Program-made: the position numbers and the translations under genes
From: Macrostomum hystrix
Lineage: Eukaryota; Animalia; Platyhelminthes
Assembly: GCA_950097015.1 (NCBI GenBank)
Contig: CATNEN010000007.1
Location: 9,672,001 to 9,736,000 of the forward strand
Length of the DNA stretch: 64,000 nt
Direction: 5' to 3'
In this document: in pieces, positions 49,101 to 60,203 of the stretch
How positions within the stretch are numbered: the stretch's first letter is position 1
Layout of the letters: each line of letters begins with the position of its first letter
The notes under the pieces: generated by a model
The model's input: only the letters and a program-made list of their open reading frames with translations
What the model was told of the DNA's origin: nothing
Database searches by the model: none

Positions 49101-52100
49101 GTGATTTCCTGTAAAGATAAATTTCGCTTCGAGTCAGGAGAAGAATATGGGCGTGTTGAACAATGCTCAGCCTGAGCTGAATGCACTGCTTTACCTGCAT
49201 GAATGAACTCAGTTTGAGGGGCGGGGGCTCGCACAGGCCTTGCTAATGACACTGGGCCGGGGATCATTAGTTAGGGCGACTCGGGCCGGCTGATGGAGAT
49301 GGGCAGCCCAGGGCTGGGCGTGATGAATCCCAGCTCGAGCCCCCAGCCCCAGGTTGTAGATCCCCCCGGGGGAGCACAACTGCTCACTCTCAGACAGGGC
49401 GCGGCAGCTGTGAGATAGCAGCAGCAGCAAGTTTCTAATAAGTACAGTTGTAACGCATTGAGCACTGCAGACTCAGACTCCAAGGCCACTCTTTGCATTC
49501 CAGGCGATCCGGCCCTGGTGGAGCACGACTCAGGAAGTGAGCACCGCCCCGCTGTTTGCCCTGGCTGGGCCATTATTGGAAAAGTGCTTTTACTCAGCCA
49601 GGCGCTGCTGTTGGCACCTGGCAAAGTGACAAGTTCAAGTCTTTTGTGCATTTTGGAGGCCATCGGATTCGCATTGTCCAATTGGAGTGCCTCCTTCTGC
49701 TACAAGCAGCGCACTGTAGTTCTCAGCTCAAACACAGATTTCTTGTCTTTTAGCACCCTTCAGTTGAGGGATATTTCATTTCAGATCCTAATTTAGGATT
49801 GACAATTGAAAATGCCGATTGGCGGCTCGCTGCGTCTTTTATCCCCCCCCCCCAGGTGGAGCTGACTGGCTCTGGCCGAGGAGGCAAAGCATTCCATCAC
49901 CACCAGCTTCACGCCAAGCTGCTGCCAGCGGCCCTCACTCTCAATTTCCGGAATGTCCCCCCTTCGGTCTCTCCTGCTGATGAGGGGCTTGAGAGCCTGA
50001 AAATTCGTGTGTGTGTGTGTTGCACCTGTCCCCACTCTGTCAGTTGCCGCCCAGCAACCAAGACGGACAAACGGAACGGAGGTGTCGAACAGAGAGAGGC
50101 GGCTGGCTCACTTCATTATCTGGCGGAAGGGGAAATGTGCGCCTGTGCAGCTGCTGCGAGTATGGGCGAGCCGTCCAGCGAAAAATCCCCATAAAACGAA
50201 TTGCGGAATCCCTATTCTCAAGTCCCCATCGCCCAATCCCTACTAGCCCAATCCCACATCCCAATGTCCATCGCTGAATTCCTATCATCGAATTCCAAAT
50301 CTCCGAATCCAGATTTCCGAATCCCAAAAATGCCAGAATTCCCCTTGAAGCCCTCGAATTGAAATTCCCGCCGATATTTCTTGGGAAGACTTAGGAAAGT
50401 TCCTCAGCCAGTCCTCTTCCGTCTCTTCCTCGAATGTCCCAGTAAAATAATACAAGGAAATTAACCGGAGAACAGCTCAAGCCGGTAAGCAAGCAATCTA
50501 TTTTTATCTCGGCAATGCATAAAAGTGCATTGCGTCTAGTGCAGCAACCCTGCCGCTTGGCGGCCCCAAACAGCGGAGAGTCGCCAGACATCTCAAGGAC
50601 GTTTGCAGCGCGGCGACTCCGCGTCCCCGAGGTCGCTCAAGGGAGCTGTAAAACTGCTGGAGCCTCGACTTCAGAGCGCGTCTTCGACTTTTCCTCATCA
50701 GTTATTAATGAGGCCGGATTTGCTCAGCAACTCTGATGCTGCTCCGCGACTCTATAGGAAAAAATGAAATTCCTTCCCGGTCGCCGAATAAACCGTTCGA
50801 ACCATGGACCTCAGAGAGGTGCAGTTCTGAAGGGAACTGATGCGACGAACGGAGACCCTGAAGCGGGGACTGGAAACTCGAATGGGTGAATATTATCTTC
50901 AAACACATCTCTGGTCTCACGCGGGCTATTTCGCTTCGGTTTTCAGTCAGCACGGCTCTGCCGGAGCTGGTTCGCCTCGGCGACACGGCCAGCCTTCAGT
51001 GCAGCACCCCGTTGGGCCTGCGCGAGGACGCCGACCTCAACTGGGAGCGGACAGGCCGGCTGTGGACCGTCGGAGAGGCCGACCGGATCAGCCGGTCGAA
51101 GCAGATCAGCACTGAGGGCCAGCGGGTGCGCCTCACCACCTGGCTGACCATCCGTTATGCCACACTCGGCGATGCCGGCGAGTTCAAATGCGTGCGAAGC
51201 GTGCTGGGGCCCGGCGGATACGAGCGGCGAGAGACGGCGACCGTGCAGCTGAAGGGTGAGGGGCTACGCTGAAGGGTGAGGGGCTGAGCTGAAGGGTGAG
51301 GGGCTAAGCTGCTGAAGGGTAAGGGGCTGAGCTGATGGATGAGGGGCTGAGCTGAAGGCTGAGGGGCTAAGCTGCTGAAGGGTAAGGGGCTGAGCTGAAG
51401 GGTAAGGGGCTGAGCTGAAGGGTGAGGGGCTGAGCTGCTGGAGGGTGAGGGGCTGAGCTGAAGGGTGAGGGGCTGAGCTGCTGGAGGGTGAGGGGCTGAG
51501 CTGAAGGGTGAGGGGCTAAGCTGAAGGCTGAGGGGCTAAGCTGCTGAAGGGTAAGGGGCTGAGCTGAAGGGTGAGGGGCTGAGCTGCTGGAGGGTGAGGG
51601 GCTGAGCTGAAGGGTGAGGGGCTGAGCTGCTGGAGGGTGAGGGGCTGAGCTGAAGGGTGAGGGGCTAAGCTGAAGGCTGAGGGGCTGAGCTGAAGGGTGA
51701 GGGGCTGAGCTGCTGGAGGGTGAGGGGCTGAGCTGAAGGGTGAGGGGCTGAGCTGCTGGAGGGTGAGGGGCTGAGCTGAAGGGTGAGGGGCTGAGCTGCT
51801 GGAGGGTGAGTGGCTGAGCTGAAGGGTGAGGGGCTGAGCTGCTGGAGGGTGAGGGGCTGAGCTGAAGGGTGAGGGGCTAAGCTGAAGGCTGAGGGGCTGA
51901 GCTGAAGGGTGAGGGGCTGAGCTGCTGGAGGGTGAGGGGCTGAGCTGAAGGGTGAGGGGCTGAGCTGCTGGAGGGTGAGGGGCTGAGCTGAAGGCTGAGG
52001 GGCTAAGCTGAAGGCTGAGGGGCTAAGCTGCTGAAGGGTAAGGGGCTGAGCTGAAGGATGAGGGGCTGAGCTGAAGGGTGAGGGGCTGAGCGGAAGGGTG

Positions 52101-52575
52101 AGGGGCTGAGCGGAAGGGTGAAGTGGCTGAACTCCTTTGGCAGAGTTACAAAGCACCTAGGCTGCACTCCACAGTTCGCCTGAGCCGCAGCCAGTACCTG
52201 AGGCTCCAGGTTACAACTCGCGCCCCAGCCGCTGCGGTACCGGCGACGCTGGCGCCTCCCCCTGAGCTGCCGGCCAAGGGCAAGTATCGCTCGCAGGCGC
52301 CAGGACTTCAAAGCGACGGTGAGTCATTTGAAGATTCGAAATAGTTTTGACATGCTTTATTTAGCTTGGACTGCGCCCATCATCCGGCAGGGGCGACAGG
52401 CCAGACGGTGGAGAAGTATCGGCTTCATCGCGGCCAGGACGACCAGACGAGGCAGCAGCAGCAGCACCAGCAGCAGCTGGTGAGGCCCGGCGCGAACTCC
52501 AGGGCTTCCGCAGTCCGACCCGGGGCGGCGGTGTTGGCTTTGGCTTTGGCAGCTCGATGGCTGAGGACTCTCTGA
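43108..52575 (+). CDS. GPI-anchored two-Ig cell-surface protein (Dpr/DIP/IgLON-like); exons 43108-43147, 46306-46415, 48414-48639, 50947-51255, 52175-52318, 52391-52575
   Basis: Signal peptide MRLLRPWLLAAAAAILASRRHGVQA. Ig1: EVTAEAGDFALLPCLV..LAW..LTVG...ADPRF...FSLSV...DSGLYRCQ. Ig2: GDTASLQC...LNW...WLTI..ATLGDAGEFKC. Pro/Ala stalk and C-terminal ANS..AAVLALALAARWLRTL GPI signal. All phases join. Confidence 0.85.
43855..44690. repeat. Two adjacent ~20-bp minisatellites sharing gtgtcagtag
   Basis: Array gtgtcagtagggatcctctc, then array gtgtcagtagaggcagtcaa. Confidence 0.9.
45325..45900. repeat. ~25-bp purine-rich minisatellite gagatgagatgcgagagtctcaggga
   Basis: Direct tandem repetition. 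Confidence 0.92.
46495..46750. repeat. 15-bp minisatellite gtcccgtgtctgtta
   Basis: Direct tandem repetition. Confidence 0.92.
47278..47420. repeat. 41-bp tandem repeat, ~3.5 copies
   Basis: cagttgaatgtgagtctgtagtgtctgtgggtgcttgagca. Confidence 0.85.
48125..48325. repeat. ~39-bp tandem repeat upstream of an Ig exon
   Basis: ggtggctgcagcagtgaagagggcggtgaagggagtga, ~5 copies. Confidence 0.8.
48730..48928. repeat. ~40-bp tandem repeat downstream of an Ig exon
   Basis: gctggagtgaggtgggtgtctgga...ggtgca, ~5 copies. Confidence 0.8.
51248..52122. repeat. 20/23-bp minisatellite built from the exon/5' splice-site junction
   Basis: Unit gctgaagg|gtgaggggctga, ~40 copies, starting at the Ig2 exon donor (51255/51256). 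Confidence 0.95.
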
Positions 52576-53371
52576 CTGACTCGGAGCTGTTGAAGTGCTG
52601 TTGTTGCGCTCCTGGACTGAAAATAGCGCTCTTTTCTGTTTCATTTCTGGCGCGAATTCAAACCTGAAGCTCGGGACTGCGGACTAAAAAGAGCGGAGCA
52701 TAAATAATTAGTCTAATTGTTAAGTCTTTGAAGTGCGGCTCAGGTGGCAAAAGTACATCCCTGGGGCCATCGTGTGCCTCCAAATGCTGCTGCAGCCACT
52801 CCCAAAGTTAATTAAAAATTTGACCATGGAGCAGCCGAGTTCAAAAGACAAAGATCCAATGAGGCTGGAATGGGGGGCGACCTGCTTGCATGGCTTCTCT
52901 TTGCTTTTTCTCATAGTGTTGTTTTTCGCTGTCGGATATTTCGCCTGAGTTTCTGACTTGTGTCTGCCACTTTTATAACCTCTCGCATACTCGCTATGGC
53001 CTGCTTATCCATGTCTCATTCGTTGTTTGTTGTACAACGAATGGACAAAATGTGTTGTTCATTTATTCTCAACTAGCCTTTACAGTACAAAGACCGCATG
53101 GCTATTTCAAATGCCCACATTTTTTCTGTATCTCCCAAAATAATGATGAAATAGCTAATTATTCAATTATTGAACCAATATGGATTCGCCAAATAGGTTT
53201 ATTCAGAGCAATGTTACTCAGAGCAAGAGTCCTTGTCACCGGGGTCTTCTACAAGAATCGCAGAATATTTCGTCGATGCTGATGTCGGACGGCTTTAAAA
53301 GCTGGTTCATCGTAAATGGCAGAAAACTTTGGTGGACTTTCACGAAAGCTGGTCATTCGGTTTGGGAGCTA

Positions 53372-53484
53372 TCGTGAAGTAGGCAGCGGGTATTCGTGAA
53401 GTAGGCAGCGGGTATTCGTGAAGTAGGCAGCGGGTATTCGTGAAGTAGGCAGCGGGTATTCGTGAAGTAGGCAGCGGGTATTCG
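53372..53484. repeat. 22-bp tandem repeat tcgtgaagtaggcagcgggtat, ~5 copies
   Basis: Direct inspection. Confidence 0.9.
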
Positions 53485-53779
53485 ATTCACCCCGTGACAT
53501 TTCCCCAAGGGTAAAAATGGCATGGTCTTTCTGCTGTTCATGAGCAGTGATTTACTGAGCGACCTGTTGAACGGACATTGTTCAATGACGCTTTAATTTG
53601 CTGCCATTCGCTCGCTTCAATCATTCTCAATCGCGATCAGCTGATCAAGGCCAACTCTGCGCTCATTTTGCACAAGATTCGCAAAGTTTTGAGCACGACC
53701 TCATAAAGAATGTGGGTCAATTGTGCTTTGAGCTGTGTGAACAAGAACGTTTAAGCAGACCATTACGAATGCGTTCAAG

Positions 53780-54762
53780 CTACTTATTGCTTAGCGTCTG
53801 TTTGGCGTTTTCAATGAACTTATGAATTTCAACTTGAGAAAGTTTGACAAGTTTTGAGTCTATCAAAAATGAAGTCATTATGCTGCTTCGAGTTTTCCCA
53901 CTGTCGACTGTCATGGAGTCACCATGGAGACGCCATTTTATTTGTACAAATACATGGCCGTAGGATGCTTGCGTTGCACTAGCCCTAGAGATCTCCATTG
54001 AATGCTTTTGCATTTCCCATGCTTATACTGAACAGGGCTTAACAATCTTGCCAAAAAATGTCAGGAGATCGGAGGTCAGGCCGGCTGACTGGCAGGTGAC
54101 AAGCATCTTGTCTACTAATTAAGAAATGCTTGGAATAGCTTCCATTTCTCACAGCTAATAATGCAGTACGCAAATACAAATATCTGCAATGTAGATAAAA
54201 CATAATAATTCAGATGTGCTGGCTTATGCGCCAAAGAAAACTTATGTCAGAACTAATTAAAAAGCAGTGTTCGGCAGGCCGGGTGGCAGCACTGGCAGGC
54301 CTACTTGCCTGCGTAGGAGGGCACGTCCCGAACCAGGACGGAATCTAACAGGATCAGCGCCCGCTGAATTAGCCGACTCTCGCGCGGGTAAAAGAACTGC
54401 GCTCCCAGAATCTCATTCTGCAGCTGGCCGTAGGACGCGTCGGCATCAGCAAACCGCAGGCAGGCCTTCCAGAACCGCTGACCTACCCCGCCGGCACCGA
54501 TGTCGAGTACAGCCGTCCGCAGGCAGCACAGAAGAGCTCCGGGCTCCGGACCGGCGCACTGCCGACTCAGGCGGTGCAGAAGCCGGATGCCGCGCAGGGA
54601 GTCGGCGCTGCAAGCGCCCCCCGTGTCTTGACTGTCCCGTACGGCCAGCATGAGATTGGCGAGCTGCTTGGACTGCTCAGTCTCCTGGCTGGAAGCTGGA
54701 CTGTCCGAACTGAACATTGCGAGTAGATTGGAAATCCCATTTGCACTAAATTTGATGTACAA
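53780..54762 (-). pseudogene. Possible degenerate orphan gene (helical-protein-like exons)
   Basis: 153-aa protein-like ORF at 54301-54762 with a possible GC donor; the putative next exon has an in-frame TAA before the 53780-54013 ORF. No recognisable motif. Confidence 0.25.
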
Positions 54763-55376
54763 AAAAGTAAAACACTTCTTGAATCATATTCGTTGGAAAC
54801 CTTAATTACCTGAGATCGTCGCGTAGCTGAGCACTGGAATTCAAAACTCGGCAGATTCTTCTTAGCAACAACCGCCCCTGGACATAGAGAAGGCTTTGTC
54901 CATTATCTAGATCGTCCACAAAGCCCAGCGGTATGCTGTCATCGTTCATACTACTCGACATCGCAATGTGGTGAATCGCGATTGCAGTGCGCTGCCTAAT
55001 AATAGAAACTCATTTGACTATTTTATTTTTTCAATGACGTGTTGCGCCTTCTATATAGGCCCATAGAATGTTAAAATGCACGAGCAAAATTATTAGAATT
55101 TCAGCTGAATGTGCACTTGCGATGTACATTTAAACCACTTTCTTGAAGGTTATTGACATATATATTTATTTTTGCGGGATTTAAGAAACCACTTTCCCGG
55201 ATATATTCCGGGCTTGTTGCAAGTTTAACTGGCAAACAGCTTTTGCCATAGACAACAATCAAACAATCAAACAGACATGTTAAAGAGCGCTGAAACAGTT
55301 TTAACAAAGTACATAGCATACTTCAAGTAAAGACTTTCTTCATAGAGTTAATGCCAGTGTAATAAATTTACCCCAA

Positions 55377-55969
55377 TTAATTGTTGATGGTTACATTACA
55401 GTCCTTGAAGTTGAAATTGATCACCTGGCCTCGGCCCGTACGCTGAACGACAGTCTCTAGACTTTTTCCATCCAAAATAGCACTGCATTTTTCGATTTGG
55501 ACATAGACGTTCGTTTGTAGCATCGCAGTGCAGTTAGACTTGGATGTCCTGTTCTCTCCATGATGAGCTGTTCATCCACGTTTGCCTGGTACAAACGGGT
55601 GGCACATGTTGCACGCAGGCTGTGATTAGTCACTCGTCCAATGATTCCTGCCTCGGTGCACATTTCGTTCATGAATCCGCATAGCTTGTTTTTGCCAATA
55701 GGCTTATTTGCGAACCACTAAACACCGGGCTTGGCCAACGGTTGCAAATAGAAACGGATCGCTCCTGCTGGACGCTTGAGTAAAAACTCTTCAAATAGTC
55801 TCACATGGCACCTAGTTGAATTGGTAGACTCAAAGTGGACAACCACCTTTGGTTTAATTCTTGTGTGACTGGCCAACCCACCAGCGTTGGTCTTTGAAAC
55901 GGTTTCATGGTATACCAAGCAACGTTTCTCGTTTCTAATCTCAATTGACAGTTGGTCAAAGTGGAACAA
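55377..55969 (-). mobile_element. Decayed Crypton-type tyrosine recombinase (DUF3504/ZMYM-related) fragment
   Basis: VSKTNAGG...RCHVRLFEEFLLKRP...FYLQP..*WFANKPIGKNKL..M..MC..AG...TNHSLRATCATRLY...IMERTGH.S...YKR. In-frame TAG at 55718; frameshift before the typical ...FNFKDCNVTINN tail. Confidence 0.88.
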
Positions 55970-56449
55970 AATTTTTGTTCCACTCGGAATATTTTAAGCG
56001 CAAGGTGAGAAGGCACGTCAATTGAAACAGAAAGCGGAGCCTAAAAGTGACAGCTAGCTAAAACTGTCGGAATCTTTTTATGGTCGACGACTTGTGTCTT
56101 GACTCTCGAGACAAATCTCTTAATACGGCTGAGTCAGAAAAATTTTGAGATTAAAATAAGCGAAACAAAATAAGACAAGAAGCAAATACAGACTTTATTT
56201 GTTTTAAAGACTTGAATTTGACAATTTTGTTTACATCGAATCTAAATTTAAAATTGTTTTGCAATTAGTGAGTGGTCACTAGCGGCACAGTCCTGAACTG
56301 CGCGAATCCCCCATTAGCAAATCTTCAGCTTAAACTGATTAACTGAGCTACAGGGAAAAGCCGAATTGACTGAGCTAAATAGTGAAAACGGCAAAATGCT
56401 CCCAACTTACTGCACTTTTTTTTAAATTGAGTGAACTCAACACGTATAT

Positions 56450-57210
56450 TACCTTTGCCGATCGGTTTTTCTCGACGCTAAGGCCGATGTTAGATGTACA
56501 TCCTTCGGAGTGGGTGGGTGCAAGGCGGGTGGGGATGGAGGGTGGTGTGGTTGATGGAAAATTCTATATAAGTGATGGAATCACTTATAGCAAAATAAGA
56601 GACGCACGCATTTGAAAGGATCGCCTCAAGGTCAAACCTTAGGGGGGTCGGTGGCAGAGCGGTTAACGCGTTTGCCTCTCGCACCACGGTCCTTAAGTTC
56701 GATTCCACGGCGAGGCCACATTTATTTGGGGCGCAGCCGCGGAGAGAAGGCTTGGGGGCTTGTCGTGCAATTTACGCCCTTGAGGGCCAACCTCCAAGGC
56801 ACAGTGAGAGTGTACACTGCCTGACGATGAGAAAGTCAGGGCAGATGTACACACCTGTGTGAACGTATGCCTGCGTACGGTATCTGTGTGCGTGTGTGCT
56901 CAGGAGTCAGCGAAATGGGCAGAATTGCCTCCTCGCTGGCTGCGGGTCTAGTGTCACCAAATTATGTGTCATTGCCCGCAGCCCTCCTGCAATTATTATT
57001 ATTATTAAGGTCAAACCTCCCTATGACTATGACAAATGAAACACTGGCCACGATCATTCCCGATGCTATTCCCGACGTTAGGCTTATTCCTGACGTTTTT
57101 CGTCCGTGGAATTTTCCATCAACCACCCCACCGCCTTGCACCCACCCCACTCCGAAGTATGTACATTTAAAGTCGGCCTTAGCGTCGGGAAAAGCCGATC
57201 GGCAAAAGTA
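56450..57210. mobile_element. Non-autonomous DNA transposon (MITE) with ~100-bp TIRs, probable TA target
   Basis: Left tacctttgccgatcggtttttctcgacgctaaggccga...ggttgatggaaaattc is mirrored by gaattttccatcaacc...tcggccttagcgtcgggaaaagccgatcggcaaaagta. Confidence 0.88.
56640..57006 (+). mobile_element. Full-length tRNA-derived SINE, family A, nested in the MITE
   Basis: A-box TGGCAGAGCGG, B-box GTTCGATTCC, 3' stem-loop, (ATT)n tail, 12-bp TSD aaggtcaaacct at 56628-56639 and 57007-57018. Confidence 0.93.
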
Positions 57211-58064
57211 TTAAACGTAACTCAACAGTTTTCATGTCATCATCTTGTCAGTACTCGTAAGTGCCAAGTGTCCCGATAACATATTTCGATTTTGTTAATT
57301 ATATCAAATAATCTGACGGTGCATGCGTGTACTTTAGCAAGTGTCATTCTAACATTGTAACGAAGATTTGGGCCAGTTATAACATTTGAGACTCAGACAG
57401 GGCTGCATCAGCTGCCAAAACTATGAATCACGGCTGATGTTTGCCACTGTTTGCCACAGGATGGATCACTGGATTGACACTGTAGCGGCAGACAGCTGAA
57501 ATCACGCTCGGTTGACGCCTGAGGTGACGTGGATGGCGTCACAAGTGAGTGGCGAGTAAATTAGTTAATTGTCACTGAGCTCTTCGGCTTAATTCCTAAT
57601 GTCATCATGATGAAATTTCTTCCTCTTCCGTCAAACTCTGGGTAGCAGTCAGTTAATTCGGATTACTAAAGCAGAGGGACGCAAGACGCAATTCGTGAAA
57701 AAATAGTTTGAGGCTGATTTTAAGCGAAAATGCTTTGCGAAGACTGCCACTGTCAGTTTATTTTTAACCAAATCTACCCCCCATTGTGAGGCTGGTGAGA
57801 CAGCTTTGCAAGAATTTGAGTATGTTTTTTCCGACTTGTTCAGATACAGTGAAGTTACATTGATGCTTTCAAATCAGGAGAAGAAAGCTTGTTTCAGGAT
57901 AGGTCATGTCAGGAATGCCATGTCAGGGTCGATCGGGTCCGGAAAGGTCAGATCAGAATGGGTCAGGATGGTCATGTCAGAATGGGTCAGGGTAGGTCAG
58001 GTCAGAATGGGTCAGGATAATTAAGGCCAAGTTAAGCAGGGATGCTTGGCTTATTGAGTTGAGC

Positions 58065-58788
58065 TCAGGTGAGTCCGGAGGATGCTGCGGTCGCGTGGCT
58101 TCCGAGCACTGCGCCGACGATGACGGCTACAATGAGCAGGAAGGCGATGGCGACGCCAGCGAGGACGAAGAGCCGCCGCCTACGGCTCATTCGCTGGCAG
58201 CATCGGCAGTGGGAGGTGGCGGATAATGAAGTCAGCGTCGTTGGCTGCGAAGGCGGAGCATTCGATGGCGGTGGTTGCAGATGCGGGTCCGGCTGCTGCG
58301 GCGGTGCAAACAGTTCACTCCGACCGCTAATCAGCAGGCGATTGTCAAAGTAATAGTGAACTTGAGCTATGCCTCCTTGTTGGGCTTGCAGTACATCTGG
58401 CTGTGGCGGCGGCGGTGGCCTGTCGAACGGATCGCCAATGACGTCGAATTTAGCGCTCTGGATGCCGTCAGCCGTCGCGGACGTCAATAGCGGCCTCGGC
58501 GGCCCGATGGCCGGCCGGAAGCGAAAGCCGAAATCATCATCATCGTCCAGATTGTCTGCGGGCGGCTTCACGGGCGGCGACTGAGCTGGCAGCGGCTTCT
58601 TCGAGCGAAACGTTTTCTTTGGTTTCTTCCGCTTTTTCTCATTCTTAACGCCGTCGCCATCGAAGCCGAGATTGACAACTCCGGCTAACGATGGCGGCGG
58701 TGACGGCGACGGGCTCTCAGCGGCTGTGCGGTAGCTGAAGCGGCTGCTGCTGGCTTGTGTCAGCTGCTCCGCGGCGTCATGGAAGCTG
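58065..58788 (-). CDS. Terminal exon of an orphan Pro-rich protein with a C-terminal TM helix
   Basis: The reading frame stays open upstream of the listed ORF to a CAG acceptor at the satellite edge; ends RRRRLFVLAGVAIAFLLIVAVIVGAVLGSHATAASSGLT*. Confidence 0.6.
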
Positions 58789-58790
58789 CT

Positions 58791-60203
58791 GGATCACTGT
58801 CTAACAGGATGGATCACTGTTTTACAAAATGGGTCACTGTCTAACAGGATGGGTCACTGTCTAACAGGATGGGTCACTGTCTAACAGGATGGATCACTGT
58901 CTAACAGGATGGATTACTGTTTTACAAAATGGGTCACTGTCTAACAGGATGGGTCACTGTTTTACAAAATGGGTCACTGTCTAACAGGATGGGTCACTGT
59001 CTAACAGGATGGGTCACTGTCTAACAGGATGGATCACTGTCTAACAGGATGGATTACTGTTTTACAAAATGGGTCACTGTCTAACAGGATGGGTCACTGT
59101 CTAACAGGATGGGTCACTGTCTAACAGGATGGATCACTGTCTAAGAGGATGGGTCACTGTCTAACAGGATGGGTCACTGTCTAACAGGATGGATCACTGT
59201 CTAACAGGATGGATTACTGTTTTACAAAATGGGTCACTGTCTAACAGGATGGGTCACTGTCTAACAGGATGGGTCACTGTCTAACAGGATGGATCACTGT
59301 CTAAGAGGATGGGTCACTGTCTAACAGGATGGGTCACTGTCTAACAGGATGGATCACTGTCTAACAGGATGGATTACTGTTTTACAAAATGGGTCACTGT
59401 CTAACAGAATGGATCACTGTCTAACAGGATGGGTCACTGTCTAACAGAATGGATCACTGTCTAACAGGATGGGTCACTGTCTAACAGGATGGATCACTGT
59501 CTAACAGAATGGATCACTGTCTAACAGAATGGATCACTGTCTAACAGAATGGATCACTGTCTAACAGGATGGATCACTGTCTAACAGGATGGATCACTGT
59601 CTAACAGAATGGATCACTGTTTTACAAAATGGGTCACTGTCTAACAGGATGGATCACTGTCTAACAGGATGGATCACTGTCTAACAGGATGGGTCACTGT
59701 CTAACAGGATGGGTCACTGTCTAACAGAATGGATCACTGTCTAACAGGATGGGTCACTGTCTAACAGGATGGATCACTGTCTAACAGGATGGATCACTGT
59801 CTAACAGGATGGATCACTGTTTTACAACATGGGTCACTGTCTAACAGGATGGGTCACTGTCTAACAGGATGGGTCACTGTCTAACAGTATGGGTCACTGT
59901 CTAACAGGATGGGTCACTGTCTAACAGGATGGGTCACTGTCTAACAGGATGGGTCACTGTCTAACAGGATGGGTCACTGTCTAACAGGATGGGTCACTGT
60001 CTAACAGGATGGATCACTGTCTAACAGGATGGATCACTGTTTTACAAAATGGGTCACTGTCTAACAGGATGGGTCACTGTCTAACAGGATGGGTCACTGT
60101 CTAACAGGATGGGTCACTGTCTAACAGGAGGGGTCACTGTCTAACGGGATGGGTCACTGTCTAACAGGATGGATCACTGTCTAACAGGATGGATCACTGT
60201 CTA
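58791..60203. repeat. 20-bp satellite ggatcactgtctaacaggat, ~70 copies
   Basis: Direct tandem repetition with a 160-bp higher-order pattern. Confidence 0.97.

Noticed and set aside
49945-50010. Hammerhead-like CTGATGA-stem-GAAA
   Set aside because: Stem II is plausible, but stems I and III around a NUH site cannot be formed.
52827-52948. Small ORF with a hydrophobic C-terminus (MEQPSS...FFAVGYFA)
   Set aside because: It lies in or near the Ig gene 3' UTR, with no supporting motif or promoter evidence.
56810-56852. Minimal hammerhead in the SINE (CTGACGA-TGA-GAAA-GTC)
   Set aside because: There is no stem II or III, and CTGAC pairs with GTCAG in a simple hairpin that sequesters the putative core.
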